The position numbers were made by a program, and so were the translations under genes. The notes below the pieces were generated by a model. The model had not been told where the DNA came from, ran no database searches, and saw nothing but the letters and a program-made list of their open reading frames with translations. This document shows positions 37,951-50,619 of a stretch of DNA of 64,000 nucleotides, piece after piece; the first letter of the stretch is position 1, and every line of letters begins with the position of its first letter. This stretch comes from Zootoca vivipara (Eukaryota): NCBI RefSeq assembly GCF_963506605.1, contig NC_083279.1, positions 76,198,001 to 76,262,000 on the forward strand, in the 5' to 3' direction.

Positions 37951-39520
37951 TTCAACTACGGTAAGTTTTACTCATAACAGACCCAGTGAAATTAACGAGC
38001 ATGCCTAGCTAGGTCCATTAATTTTAATCGGGTTACTGTGAGTAAAACTTAGTTGACTACCATCCATTATCTCCATCAGCAGAAGCAATATGTCTGTGAA
38101 TACTAGTCACTGCAGAACAACTGTGGCAGAGGGCTATTGCTTGTGGGTTTCCCATACGCATCTGGCCACCCTTTAGGGGAACAAAATTAAGGACTGTATC
38201 CATCAGGACTCTTCTTGTGATGTCTTATAGATATAGAATTTTGAACTAGGTCCACATAGTAGCTGGGCTATGTTATTGCTTAGAGATGCTACGTTTACTG
38301 CCTTGTTTCTGTAAATATGCCAGTATTTATTAGGGACATTATTCATCTAACTGCTTTACAGGAAAAGGGGCTTAAGCTAAAAAGAGTTACAGTAAATCAA
38401 TAATAAAATGGAGTCATTTAACAACCACCTGAAGAGACATGCTCAGAAAATTATATAAGACAGTAAGGTGCATTCAGGGGCTAAGCCACCACCGCATTCA
38501 CCAGGTGGGGTGGAACATGGTGCGCAGGAAACAGCCTGCAGTTATAGCAGCCTAGAACTGACTTAGCAATTGGGCCTGATGTCATCAGGCGACAAGGGTG
38601 GGGTTAGTTCAGCCCCTTCCTGGTACACCCCAGATTGGGACAATCCATCAACTGCACTTTTGTTGGCCCACACAGGCAAAATATGGACCCTGTGCTAATG
38701 GCACTGTTCTGGGCTGGGCGCAGGAAGACCTCCACCTAGGGATGGTGGAGAAATTTGAATCAGTTCGCATTTAAAGGTGGATCTACCAAATCCACACTTT
38801 CTGAAACGACATGAGAACCAAAACACAGCTATCCTTTGAAATTCACACTTATCTGAATTTCGCAGTGCCGTTCTCCAGCTGAGTAAAGCATATACTGGGA
38901 TAAAGTGTGCAGAAAAATACAAATACAGTATAACAAAAGTGCATACTGTATATTAAGGGAGGTTGCACATGGACATGTGTATATTAGAATAAATTCACCC
39001 TAAAATGCTGGTGATTTTTCATGAGGACTTTAAAAATTCTGTGCTCCAAGTGTCGCTGACAACCCTTTTTCCTTCAAGATAAGTTTTTTAATGCCAAGCC
39101 ATTAACAAAATAAACACTTCAAAATTGCCAGTTTCATATAATTGGGCACTTTGGCAGGCATCACGTGAAGTGTTTATTAGATTTAATATGCCACAAACAA
39201 ACCACCTTGTATGTAGGTGAACTGCATTGTACCTGTCATAGATTCATGTAGCACGAAACCCCTCATAATCTGAAGCATGGTTCAATCAGGATTCAGCTAT
39301 TACTCCTAAGTCAACTATTTGTTTAGGACTTTTGCAAAGAAAGGGATAGAGAAAACTGAAATCACAACAGACATTTTGCTCTTAGTGTTCCTTGTGCCAA
39401 ACCTATTGTTGCTGTAACTCTAGGTGATTTAATTTAGCCCCTACTACATGTTCCCCCCACCCCAGCCAGCCAGAGTTCAACAACAGAAAGTGTACCAAGG
39501 ATAATCTTGTTCCCCAACAA

Positions 39521-39656
39521 CAGACATCCCCAAACTTCGGCCCTCCAGATGTTTTGGACTACAATTCCCATCATCCCTGACCACTGGTCCTGTTAGCTAG
39601 GGATCATGAGAGTTGTAGGCCAAAACATCTGGAGGGCCGCAGTTTGGGGATGCCTG
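39521..39656. mobile_element. 136-bp hAT MITE
   Basis: Perfect TSD cccaacaa. Confidence 0.93.
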
Positions 39657-39835
39657 CCCAACAACCAAGCTGAAGAGAAATGCAACTTCTTCAGTCTATT
39701 CATGTTGCCCTTATAGATGAGCATTGCAGATTAAACCAGTTTTCCCTGCATTGAGTCTTCCCTGCACCAAGATACAGTACATCTAATATCTATTTAATGG
39801 TGTAGTAGTGTAATAGAGCCAGCACAGACTCTGTC

Positions 39836-39853
39836 ACTGCCACCTACTGGATA
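39836..39853 (-). promoter_or_regulatory. Candidate CTCF site
   Basis: Reverse complement TCCAGTAGGTGGCAGT matches CCASYAGRKGGCRS. Confidence 0.5.
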
Positions 39854-39901
39854 ATTAACTCCTGACTTCAGAAAATCCTAGAGATTCTTAAGAAATCTAC
39901 T

Positions 39902-40243
39902 AGGTAAAGGTAAAGAGACCCCTGACCATTAGGTCCAGTCGTGACCGACTCTGGGGTTGCGCGCTCATCTCGCATTATTGGCCGAGGGTGCCGGCGTATA
40001 GCTTCCAGGTCATGTGGCCAGCATGACAAAGCCGCTTCTGGCAAACCAGAGCAGCACATGGAAACGCCGTTTACCTTCCCGCTGTAGCGGTTCCTATTTA
40101 TCTACTTGCATTTTGACGTGCTTTCGAACTGCTAGGTTGGCAGGAGCTGGGACCGAGCAACGGGAGCTCACCCCGTCACAGGGATTCGAACCGCCGACCT
40201 TCTGATCAGCAAGCCCTAGGCTCAGTGGTTTAACCACAGCGCC
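39902..40243 (-). mobile_element. Sauria SINE
   Basis: AGGTAAAGGTAAAG tail, body and B box on the minus strand. Confidence 0.95.
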
Positions 40244-41560
40244 AACTGTGTAACATTTCCCTAGTCTCTCTATCTTGCAAAGGATGACTTGAACAAAAGG
40301 TTTGTGACGCAGAATGAGCAAAGGGACCTCTCTTAAGCCAGCCCCAGTGCACATTAACAACCATCTTATCCTCCACTGCATAAGTAGCACCGAATTGTGT
40401 GATATTTAATTATGAGAGCAACTCATCTGCAGAACACAGTGGCCAGTTTCCTAAATAAAGCCATTTCATTCACCTTTCCAAACTGCCTAACAATACTAGA
40501 CCTTCCAATATTGGGATGAAATTTGGGGGACACTGCTGCTGCATATACCACTCTTTCCTATGCCAAGTCCCAGCAGTAGTATCTTTCTTGGTGGGACAAT
40601 CCCCAATCTATACACCTAATGATAAATCACCCAGTGAAACTGGATGGTAGATTTCAGAGCAGACAAAATTAAGTACTTCTCCACATGACACATAATTAAT
40701 TTTCTGAATTAGCTGCCATTACCTGGGTTGGCTCTAAAAGCAATGATGTTCATGGATAATAGGCATATACGGTAAATGGCTGGTAGCCTTGATAGGCAGA
40801 ACTCCATGTCCTGTGTTGCTGAAAAACAGGAAAAAACCTGTTGCCTGACTTTATGATATGCTTGCAAGCTTCTGAAAAGCATCATGTGGGTCACTTTAGA
40901 AACCAGAATGCAGTGCTAGATGGATTTTTGTTCAAATCTTGCTGGGCTCTTAGCAATTCCAAAGCTGTTATTTTCCTCCTCGGCAAACTATTCCTCAAGC
41001 CCCCAAAGCACTCTATCTGGCTCCAATTTATTTATTTCATAAAATTTAATACACTGTTTGATTGGAAAACAACCCAAAAAACCTCAAAAGCGTTTTACAA
41101 GCTAAAACAATAAAATCCAAGAAAACCAAAACAGATTAAAATGACCTCAACTTCCTAAGCACCTGGGTGGCCTTGTCTGAACAAAAATGTGTTTAGCAGG
41201 CACCCAAAAGTGTACAGTGAAGGTGCCCACTTGGCATCAATAGGCAGGGAGTTCCAAAGTGCAGTTGCCACACTGAATTATTTCAAATGATTCTGCTTTT
41301 TCCTTCTTCTGACCTTGCTAGCCACATCCTGCCTCTGAAGTGTTTTATTGCTAGTATTTATTTATTTATTTAATATGTCGCTCGATCACAGGACAGTACC
41401 ACAAGATTTAATTGGGTCTCGCTGCCAAGTTAAGTTTTTTAAGATCCCTCTCTCTTTCCCAAACCAAACGGGTTTATTATACATGTCCCACTCTCTCCTA
41501 GTCCATCACACCAGGTCAGGACCTTCAACTGCTTTATCTAAAGGGCACCTCTTTTACTTT

Positions 41561-41711
41561 CATAGAATCGTAGAATTGGGAAGGGTCCCGTAGTGCCATC
41601 TAGTCCGACCCCCTGCAACACAGGAATCTTGCCATCAGCCGTCTCTGGGTGGGCTTGAACCACTATCCTTCTGATCAACAGCCAGACGCACTGACCCACT
41701 GCGCCACAGAG
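41561..41711 (-). mobile_element. SINE with tRNA-Asn-like head and CR1-type tail
   Basis: Minus strand ctctgtggcgcagtgggtcagtgcgtctggctgttgatcagaaggatagtggttcaagcccacccagagac followed by a CR1-like tail. Confidence 0.7.
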
Positions 41712-41759
41712 TCAGGGACCTAACGCTTCTATATAGCAACTCCCGCTTAAGCGAGGTCC

Positions 41760-42760
41760 ATTGAATCCCGCAGGCAACCGCCGCCCCTCCACCGCTAGCC
41801 TAAGAGCCCGACGTCGAGAGCCGCGGCCCCGCCTCCCCTCACGTGACTACGAGGCGCCGGCGTGCGCGCGCTCTCCCCAATACGTACGCACGCTGTTTCT
41901 GGGTCGCCGTCGCCTTCCCACAGGAGGGTGCGTGCGTGCGCGGGAGAGACGGGCGGAACGGGAACGTGGAAGATAGGGAGACGGAGGGAGGGCTGGTCGC
42001 CAGGTGGCGCCGCTACCCCGTCCAGCCCAAAGCGCGGGAGCGGGTTGCGTCTTCGGCTACGTCCGCGAAATGCCCGCGCGCGCAGCTGTTAGTGTCGGGT
42101 GAGCGCGAGGGTGATGAGGCTGTGGGGAGATGCGCGCGCAGGCAACTGGGCGCTGGCTGAGAGCAGGGTGGGGAGAGAAACTGTCGCTGCTGAGGGGAAG
42201 AAGCGGAGTGCGCGCATGTTGTGTGTGTGTGCGCGCGCGCGCCCTTTTCGTTCATTTCTACGTGGCGGGAGCTGCGGTAAAAGGGAAGGAAGCTGAGGTG
42301 GGCGAGCCTGGCTTGGTTCCCCGCTCCCTGTCAAAAGCTGGTGGCACAAGGTGTCTGTTTGTGTGAACGACACGCGACTCCCCCCCGGGGAGTCGCCAAT
42401 ATGGCGAGATGGGCTGGGGTGGTTTCGGCGACCCAGCGCCGGAGGTGGCAGGGTTTTTCGGGGGCGAACTGCTCCACGGCTGCTTTGTTTCTGTGCGTTT
42501 GGTTTCCCCCTGGTCTCAAAGGGATGTTGTTCCCAGACCGTCGTGCATAGATGGCAGCTTTTTCCCTCTTCTTCTTAAGGTATTGGTGGTCCTTTTCCCC
42601 GACCAGTTTTCGATGACCGCCATCTCGTCGTCCCTTTCCCAAACTCGAGGGAGGGAGAGGCATTCAGTGTGAAACTGCAAAAACCTAAAAGCCCTTTAAG
42701 GCAGCTGTAAGGAGAGTCGGTTTTCATAAAATAAGTACCCAGCGATTCGGACGCGGAGCT
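41760..42760 (+). promoter_or_regulatory. CpG-island promoter with probable first exon ending at donor GG|GTGAGC (after 42098)
   Basis: Dense CpG in non-repetitive DNA; GC box CCCCGCC (~41827), E-box TCACGTGAC (41840-41848), CTCF-like site (41994-42012), NRF1-like TGCGCGC motifs, YY1-like AATATGGCG (42398-42406). Confidence 0.85.
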
Positions 42761-44457
42761 ACAACAACCACCCAGCCACATGGAAAAACTATATTTCCTA
42801 GTGCTGGTGAGGAACATATATTAATTGAGGAGGAGTTGTTGTATTTGTACCCCATCGGCCCATCCAGAGGCAGCTGAGCTGGATCTCTGCTTGTGAGTGG
42901 CTAGAGGAGGTGGTAATTTGGTTGCCATTGGGTGTTGAGAGAACCAGGGGTGCATTGAATCAGTAGGTAGGGTGGCTGTGATATAATCCAACATGTGCAG
43001 CAGATATTGCGCATTGCATGCTTTGTGATAAATCAGCCTAAGACTAAAGTACAGAGTGCCTCCCCGCCCCCCTCACAATATGCATTTGAACAACTGGACC
43101 ACTTCTGCTAAGTACTGTACATTTCTTTATGACTCAGGCTCTGTCCCTCTTATAACAGCTGAATATAGTCAATCCATGTCCCTCTTAAATTTCAGGCTGT
43201 TGCGTGCTTTGTAAATGCACCAAGCCTCTATTAGGATTTTGAAACATGGTTTATTCAATCACAAATCACTTTTACCAAAACGCCTGCCTCATGGTTTGCT
43301 GTTGGGTGGGCAAGAACTCCTGTACTTTCAGGCCATCCCAAAGTTGGTCCTTTATATAAGAACTAGGTATACTAGCCTATTAAAGCTGGAAAAGAAGTAT
43401 AAAATAAAAATAATGGGAGATGCCCCAAACAAAAATTGTGTTTTTATACACTACAGATGTTTTCTGAAGCAGGTTGGGTTTGGATGAAACAAGACAGAAT
43501 TTATCAGCTCTCCTACTTAAAACAAACAAGAAGTTAAAAACCGCAGGAGGGAACGATTGGATTTGGAGTGAGCAGTGTTAATGGCACAATTTTTAAAAAC
43601 ATTTTTAAAGTCCCCTTGAAGCTGCTATTTAGCATTTTGGGGAAACACAGTTGCCATACACACTTCCCACCCTGTCCCATAGTTTTTAAAATAAAAAGTG
43701 AGAAACCTTGCATTGTCTCACCTAATTGTACTGTACCTTTAATAAACTGAACAACTAGTTCCAAAGTATTGTAACTTCCTCGATTAGCAAATTCAGGCAA
43801 TGAAAAAAATGGGAGTCAAAACACAACAGCTGAGGAACGAAGAGGTGGTTTCAGAATATTCTGGAATATCCTGAGGTTTGCAGAATCGCAAAAAAATGAA
43901 ACAACTCACCCCCACCCACCCCCAAAGAAAACAGCAACTCAATATGCTGTTGAGTAATATGCTCAACTGTCATGTCAACAGTTACATGTCAACTGAAAAA
44001 AAATTGTACATAGGTGGGGAATGAAATTGCCTTCAAGTCTTATACCTCGTGTCCAGATGTTTAACTTCCAATTCTCATCACCAGTATGGTCAAAGAGGAT
44101 GGTTGTAACCTGGGAACATCCCAATTCCTGATGATGGCCTAGTGGGCAAGCAGGAACTCTGAAAAGCAGCTCTTGTGCTTTGAGATGAAAAACACTGCCA
44201 TGTTTTGCTGCAGGTCCAAACAGCTATTGAAGAACAAGTGGAAAATAGGATGCTCTGGTGAATCTTGAGGGATGCAGAAGTAAGAATTACAAAATGTCTA
44301 AAATAAATCCTTAAAAGAGTAACCTGCCCCCCATCCCAGCTGTGATGATGTCTGAGCATATTCAGTAGCCTCCAGAATTTGGAGACCAGACGCCTTGAGT
44401 ACCAGCTGAAATATGGACAAGAAGGTGGGGTTGTTAGCCTGCTCGAGCTCTTTAGAG

Positions 44458-44593
44458 CAGGCATCCCCAAACTGCGGCCCTCCAGATGTTTTGGCCTACA
44501 ACTCCCATGATCCCTAGCTAACAGGACCAGTGGTCAGGGAAGATGGGAATTGTAGTCCAAAACATCTGGAGGGCCAAAGTTTGGGGGTGCCTG
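44458..44593. mobile_element. 136-bp hAT MITE (opposite orientation)
   Basis: Perfect TSD ctttagag. Confidence 0.93.
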
Positions 44594-46632
44594 CTTTAGA
44601 GTATCCTGGAATGAGGCTGGTGTTTAGTGAAATGTTTACTCTCACATTGGTTCTGGTTCTAATTAAGGAATAGCTACAATTAAAACACATTCAGCAACAT
44701 TTCCTATTTGGCTAGGCATGAAGAATGAATGAAAGGTGAATGTATTGACTTGGTTCCCAATTCTGTGTTTTTCTGTGCATAGTGTTTGGAAAAAAACACT
44801 ACTGCCCTTGGACCACCTCATAAGTATCTTTTTTATTGTTGTTCTTAAAATGTGTGATTCCGCATGGCATTTAAAGGATTTCCCATTAAACGTTGTACTG
44901 GAATAGATCAGATTTGTATTGGTAAGTCTCAGAAAATAGGAAATATTCCTGGTAAATAAGAACAGTTGGACTGTATCTGCCATTGAACTCAAAATGCTTC
45001 ATTTCTTAGTATACATGGATTGGGTTCTGCTGAAAGCATGTGCCATTGATAATGTAGTGTTGAGCACCTTAAATACATTTTGGTCACCGTCAAGTCTTAT
45101 GAGAAAATGACTTATTTTTTCTGCAATTGTAGTATTATACGCAGATAACACCAAGCACTTCTTAGCTGGGCAAGCTCAGACTTCAGGCTAGTTGTACCAG
45201 ATGTTGGAGTAACTTGTGAAATAAAACAATTCAGTTATTTGGAAGTGAGGAGGGGGCAGGGAGTTGATTAAATAGATGATGAGGTGGCATCAGCAATGAA
45301 AAGGTGAAGATGGGCGGTCCCAAGATTATTCAGGCCCTTCAAAGAGGAATAAGTGCCAAGGCAGTTTTCCTGATTTTTTAAATGCCAACTTTGTAACATC
45401 TGTCAACAGCAGTGTCTTTGAAGAGAGTTGATAATGAAATTCATTGTTGGCTGTCATAATTTGTGTTAGAGCAATGGTGCTTTGCTGCAGGCTATGTGAA
45501 CAGAAGGAAAGCAGATAGTTGTTAAGAACAAATCAAACTTTTCAATATCTATTATAATGTGGAAAACCTGACCAAAAGTAGATTTCTTTCTTAAGACTGC
45601 AATATGATTTGTTCATATATGTACCAATTTTGAGTGTTATCTTTAAGGGATAGGGACTAAAACCTGAATAAGACATTTTCCTGGATAGACATTTGTGTGC
45701 CTTGACTATATTTGTCTGTCACCCACATTCTGTGTTCTTTCTAATTTCATGACCAGACTAAATACTTGTTTTTGCTTTTCACTGAACCAATAGCCCTTGC
45801 ATCTCTTCCAGTTTATTTCTGAATTGGAATGAAAACTTACTAAATTTTATTTTAAAAACTTAAGTGGCATCCAAGTATTCTCCCTAGATAATCACGCAAC
45901 CCAGTGGTTTAGGTCCAAGGAAAACAAGTCCTGTAAAGTCTAGGAATGCTGCCTTAAATGGGTTATGACATGTGACATGCAGTGTCTTCCTTCATCTGCT
46001 TTATTCTTCCTAGTCCTGTCTAAATCAATTGCAGTCAAATACAGTTTTGCTTAACTGGATGGGTTTTCTGGTGTTTAGTATTCATATGAAGCTTGGAGGT
46101 TATCCATCTTTTGATTTGATTGATTCTCTGATATCCACTACTGTATATGACTAATCACAAGTACATCAAGCAATATGGAAAATTGTCTACATAGTTGAAT
46201 CAGCCCCTTTCATTTCAAATATATGTTGAAATTCTACTATATTTAGATCCAAAGACAATTGTTCTGCCTCCTTCCAAAACGGAATTCAAAGCTAATACAT
46301 TACATTACTTGTGTCCTAACAACAACCAAATGTTTTAGAACCTTGTAATTCATGTTTGGGCAAGCATGTTGCACAAGTGCCCATATGCAAAAGAAGCAGA
46401 ATAGGCAAATATGGGGCCGAGTAGAGAGTTAAGCAAAAGTTAAACAAAAAAGATCTTGTGTTTTAAAAAAATGCTTTTCATATGCCTAATCCCAGTTCCT
46501 AATGAGGCAGAAGTCCCTTCACTCTTATACTCTGCAAATAGCTCACAGTTTTGCTGTTTAGTGAGTTGGTAAAGCTGTGGCAAAGTAAAAAAGGATTACC
46601 CTTCACTCATAATCTTCACACATAAGTAGTTC

Positions 46633-46820
46633 TAGTTACAGATAGGTAGCCGTATTGGTCTGCTGTAGTCGAAACAAAATTTAAAAATTCCTTCCAGTAG
46701 CACCTTAGAGACCAACTAAGTTTGTTATTGGTATGAGCATGCACACGAAAGCTCATACCAATGACAAACTTAGTTGGTCTCTAAGGTGCTACTGGAAGGA
46801 ATTTTTTTTAATTTTGTTTT
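46633..46820. mobile_element. Penelope-like element end in inverted (fold-back) arrangement
   Basis: gtagcaccttagagaccaactaagtttg...tatgagc and its reverse complement form arms of about 53 bp (46686-46738 and 46751-46803). Confidence 0.75.
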
Positions 46821-46870
46821 ACACAGAAGATTATGCTAGCCATTGGAGTTTTTGTGTGTGTTCATAATTT

Positions 46871-46912
<42 letters not shown>

Positions 46913-46921
46913 CAACTATTT

Positions 46922-47163
46922 GTTGTTGTTGTTTAGTCGTTTAGTCGTGTCCGACTCTTCGTGACCCCATGGACCATAGCACGCCAGGCACTCCTGTCTT
47001 GCACTGCCTCCCGCAATTTGGTCAAACTCATGTTCGTAGCTTCGAGAACACTGTCCAACCATCTTGTCCTCTGTCGTCCCCTTCTCCTAGTGCCCTCAAT
47101 CTTTCCCAACATCAGGGTCTTTTCCAAGGATTCTTCTCTTCTCATGAGGTGGCCAAAGTATTT
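46922..47163 (-). mobile_element. BovB LINE 3' end
   Basis: ORF 46933-47145 nearly identical to ORF 638-850; (GTT)n tail; TSD tgcaactattt. Confidence 0.95.
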
Positions 47164-50131
47164 TGCAACTATTTAAAATGCTCAATAATCACCCAAATGT
47201 TTGTGGGTGGGAAGCGACCATGATACATAACTAGTCATATAACACATCTGTGTGTAAAAGCAGTTGTTTGCTTATTTTTTTCATTCTCTTTCTATCCTGG
47301 TCTTCCTCCCAAAGGTTGTGGCAAACAAACAACACCATTTAAAAGCAATCACATATCCTCACAGCAAATAATTACAAGTTTGCCAGGAGTAGTATTTTTC
47401 AGCCATTAAGTGCTCGAGTTGACAGGAATGTGTTTATATTCCTCCTGAATGTTAATAATGAGGGAGACAGTCATGCCTCACCAGGGAAGGCATCCCCATA
47501 AGTGGGGAACTGCTGCTACAAATCAATGGCAGCAACCTGCCTGCAGCAGCTGGGTCTCTCCTAACAATAGTAAAGCCTGAAATGGTTAATATTGGACAAG
47601 ATGCTCTTTGGGGTACTTGGGTCCTAAGCCATTTAGGGCTTTGTGCACTAATGCCCTGAATTGAGCTCAGTAGCTCACTGGCAGCCAGTGCTGAGCTTTC
47701 AGATCTACCGGTAGTGACATGGGGTCCCATCTCAGCACCAAGCAACAAGTGGAGGAATCTTAAAAGCCCCTACTCTTAGGACAGCAGCTTCTTGCATTGA
47801 GATGCTTCACCCTTTAAAAATAGTTCTTCCTATCTGCTTGGCCCTCAGATGAGTTTCTTGCAGCTGCAGCAAGCCATCCATTTCATTGTTTAATAAGGAC
47901 AGATTAAACTGAATACTCCATTGCTGATGCCTCTTGCTGGTTGTCTTAGTGGCAAGAGGTTTTGTTGTTGTTTTAAATGGGCTCACCCAGGCAAGGCATC
48001 TGCAACTATGAACCCCACTGGGAATGCTGTAGCATTTGCCCAGCCATGCTATGTGGTGATGACAGACCTGATAGACTTATTTGGTTACATACCCCCACAT
48101 TGAAGCAAAACATTATGCATAGCGATAAATCAATGCAAAGTGATGGCCTGACTTTGGGTGGAACATAGGGGGCATGGGGCACCTAGGCTCTAAAATGCTC
48201 TCAATAAACCCTTACATTCTGATCTGCTTCATAGATTGAGAAGCAGACTTTGAGTTTAGATAACTGGCATGCATAGATTTTTATTTTATTGGAGGGAGAG
48301 CAGAACAGTACTGATGCCTTTGATCCAGGGCACAGTAAATAGTTTCATGACTGGATGGCTGAGTGCTTGCATTCCAACAATTCTACTTACTGAAGTCATT
48401 TGGACTGAAAAACACTGAGCAATATCGACAAAAAAGCAAGGATTGTGCGTCTATTCCATCACCCGCCTTTATGTTTTATAGCTGAGATCACAAGGCTTTT
48501 TAATTCCAGTAGATGATGAGGCTGGGCTCTAGCCAACCCTGAATTTTCTACACATTCTGCAAGTGCTTGTTCATATCTGCTGCATTCCTGCTGTTAAGTG
48601 TGTTAGTATTTTCCATGCTTATTGCAACATGCTTCTCAGTGAAACAAATGAGTACTTTAAAATGTTGTTGTTGTGCTGAATAAGATGATACAGAGAAATA
48701 TGGAGATCATTTCAATCCCAGAGGAACATGTCAATGCCTAGTATATATTTATTGTAAATTCTGAAAGAAAGTGTGTTGAGCCACTATAATGGTTAACCAC
48801 TATAATGGTTAAGAGTGTTGGGTAGGGGAGAACCTAACCAGCTCCTAGCTCTCTTCAGATATTAAGGTATTTTTTGGGGGGGGGGAGTAGTAGTGGTGAT
48901 GACTGTGCCAGCTCTGTCTGCTCCATCAGGGGCAAAACTAGGCTTGATTTCACATGTCAAAGCCTTTTGCAGAGCCTCGCTACCTATTTTGGAATGGATT
49001 ATGTAAGGTTCTAAAATGTTCAGGCAACATCCACATGTATACAAGCGACCCCATTTCAGATTGTTGCCTTGTGACAGAAAACAGCAGAAGTTGTGATGGT
49101 TGGTGTGGGGCAGGGGTGCTCATCCCTACTTCCCCTCATGAGTTGAATGCCTGACCAGGACTTTTATCTTCCAAGCTAACCTACTTCAGACCCTCCAAGT
49201 GTCCCTATTTTCCAGGGGCAGTCCCTGATTTAGAGAAGCCATCCCGGTTTCTAATTTGATCCCAGAATGTTCCGCTTTCCTTAGGATGTCCCTATTTTCA
49301 TCGGGGAAATGTTGGAGGTATGGAGTTATCTGACCCCTGAGCTGTCTGAAGGCAGCCCTGTATAAGGAAGTTTTTAAATGTTTAATTATGTTTTCATATA
49401 TGTCAGAAGCCGCCCAGAGTGGAATGGGGCATCCCTATTTTCATCAGAGAAATATTGAAGGGTATGCTACTTCAGAAGGCTGTTGTATACCGTTATAAAT
49501 ACAAAGCATGCTTATTAGATTGGATGAAAGGTATCTAACTATGATGGTTGTGTGTGCTACTTTACAAAGGACAGTTTTCTGTTTTAAGGCTGTCTTGGCT
49601 AAGTCCAAAATCCATTGAGAAGGCCTGTGACTAGACAGACTCCTAGCAGACAATCAAATTATTATCGGCATTATTTTATAAATGGCTTCTCTCCATACAT
49701 GTTGATAAGCATTCTATATGGAAAATTTCAAGTACTATTATGCAGACCTAAGTCTCATTGTTTCACAGCACTGAACTTAATACATTTTGTGTTTCACATC
49801 ATATAGTGCAAGCTCTACATTTATAAAATTTAGTGGTGTCTTCTTTTCTGCAGTTCAGCAGTATTGAAGCAGCCCTGTAAAATATATGGACTATTGAGCC
49901 TTATTCCAAACTCTGTTTTGTGCCAAATTTCCAATTAGTGAATGCCATTTTATTAACTAGACCCCATTAAGCTCCATTCTTTAGTATAATGAAAGCCATT
50001 TCTGTTCTCCTTAATTTAATACACAATTCAGAGGATTATAGAACTAGACAGGAACAAGTGCTAATGGAGGGAATAAGTGTGATTTTAGATTCGTGGAGGC
50101 CCTTTGCAACTCATTTTTGTCTAGTTTCTTG

Positions 50132-50619
50132 TGTAGGAATTGACTGGGTACCTAGATCCAAAAAACAGGGCTAAACTCACTCTCCAGCAGGAGAGTCCCC
50201 AGTAGCAGAGTTTAAACTCACAAAAGTCAGGCAGCAGTATAGCATTAGGCATATAGGTTTTTAGACACTTTTATGCCATTAATCTGCATACAATGCTCCC
50301 CTCTTTTCTACCCCTCTTGCAATGAGCAGACCATATATTGTTAAGTACGTTTAAAATGCTTTACTTACAGATTCAAAGTTCATACATTTATCCAAGCAGC
50401 AGCAAGGAAAACACGGGCAGAATACTCTTTGGTAGAAAAATACAGAAAGATAGTTCCAAACACATGCTCTAAGCTTGGAGCTTGCTTAGACACGTCCTCC
50501 CTGGTAGGTTACATGACATGGAAAGAGTGAGAGGGGGCATGACCTAGCTGAGTCTAGGGATCCAGCTCTATTGTCTTAGCTCCCTCATGCACAGTTATGT
50601 TTGACTGCAATTTCTCACA
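50132..50619 (-). mobile_element. Probable solo LTR
   Basis: TGTAGGAATTG...CAATTTCTCACA imperfect inverted termini; flanks cttg / cttt. Confidence 0.5.

Noticed and set aside
41761-42672. Many overlapping Arg/Ala/Gly-rich ORFs
   Set aside because: Expected by-product of a CpG island; no recognisable protein
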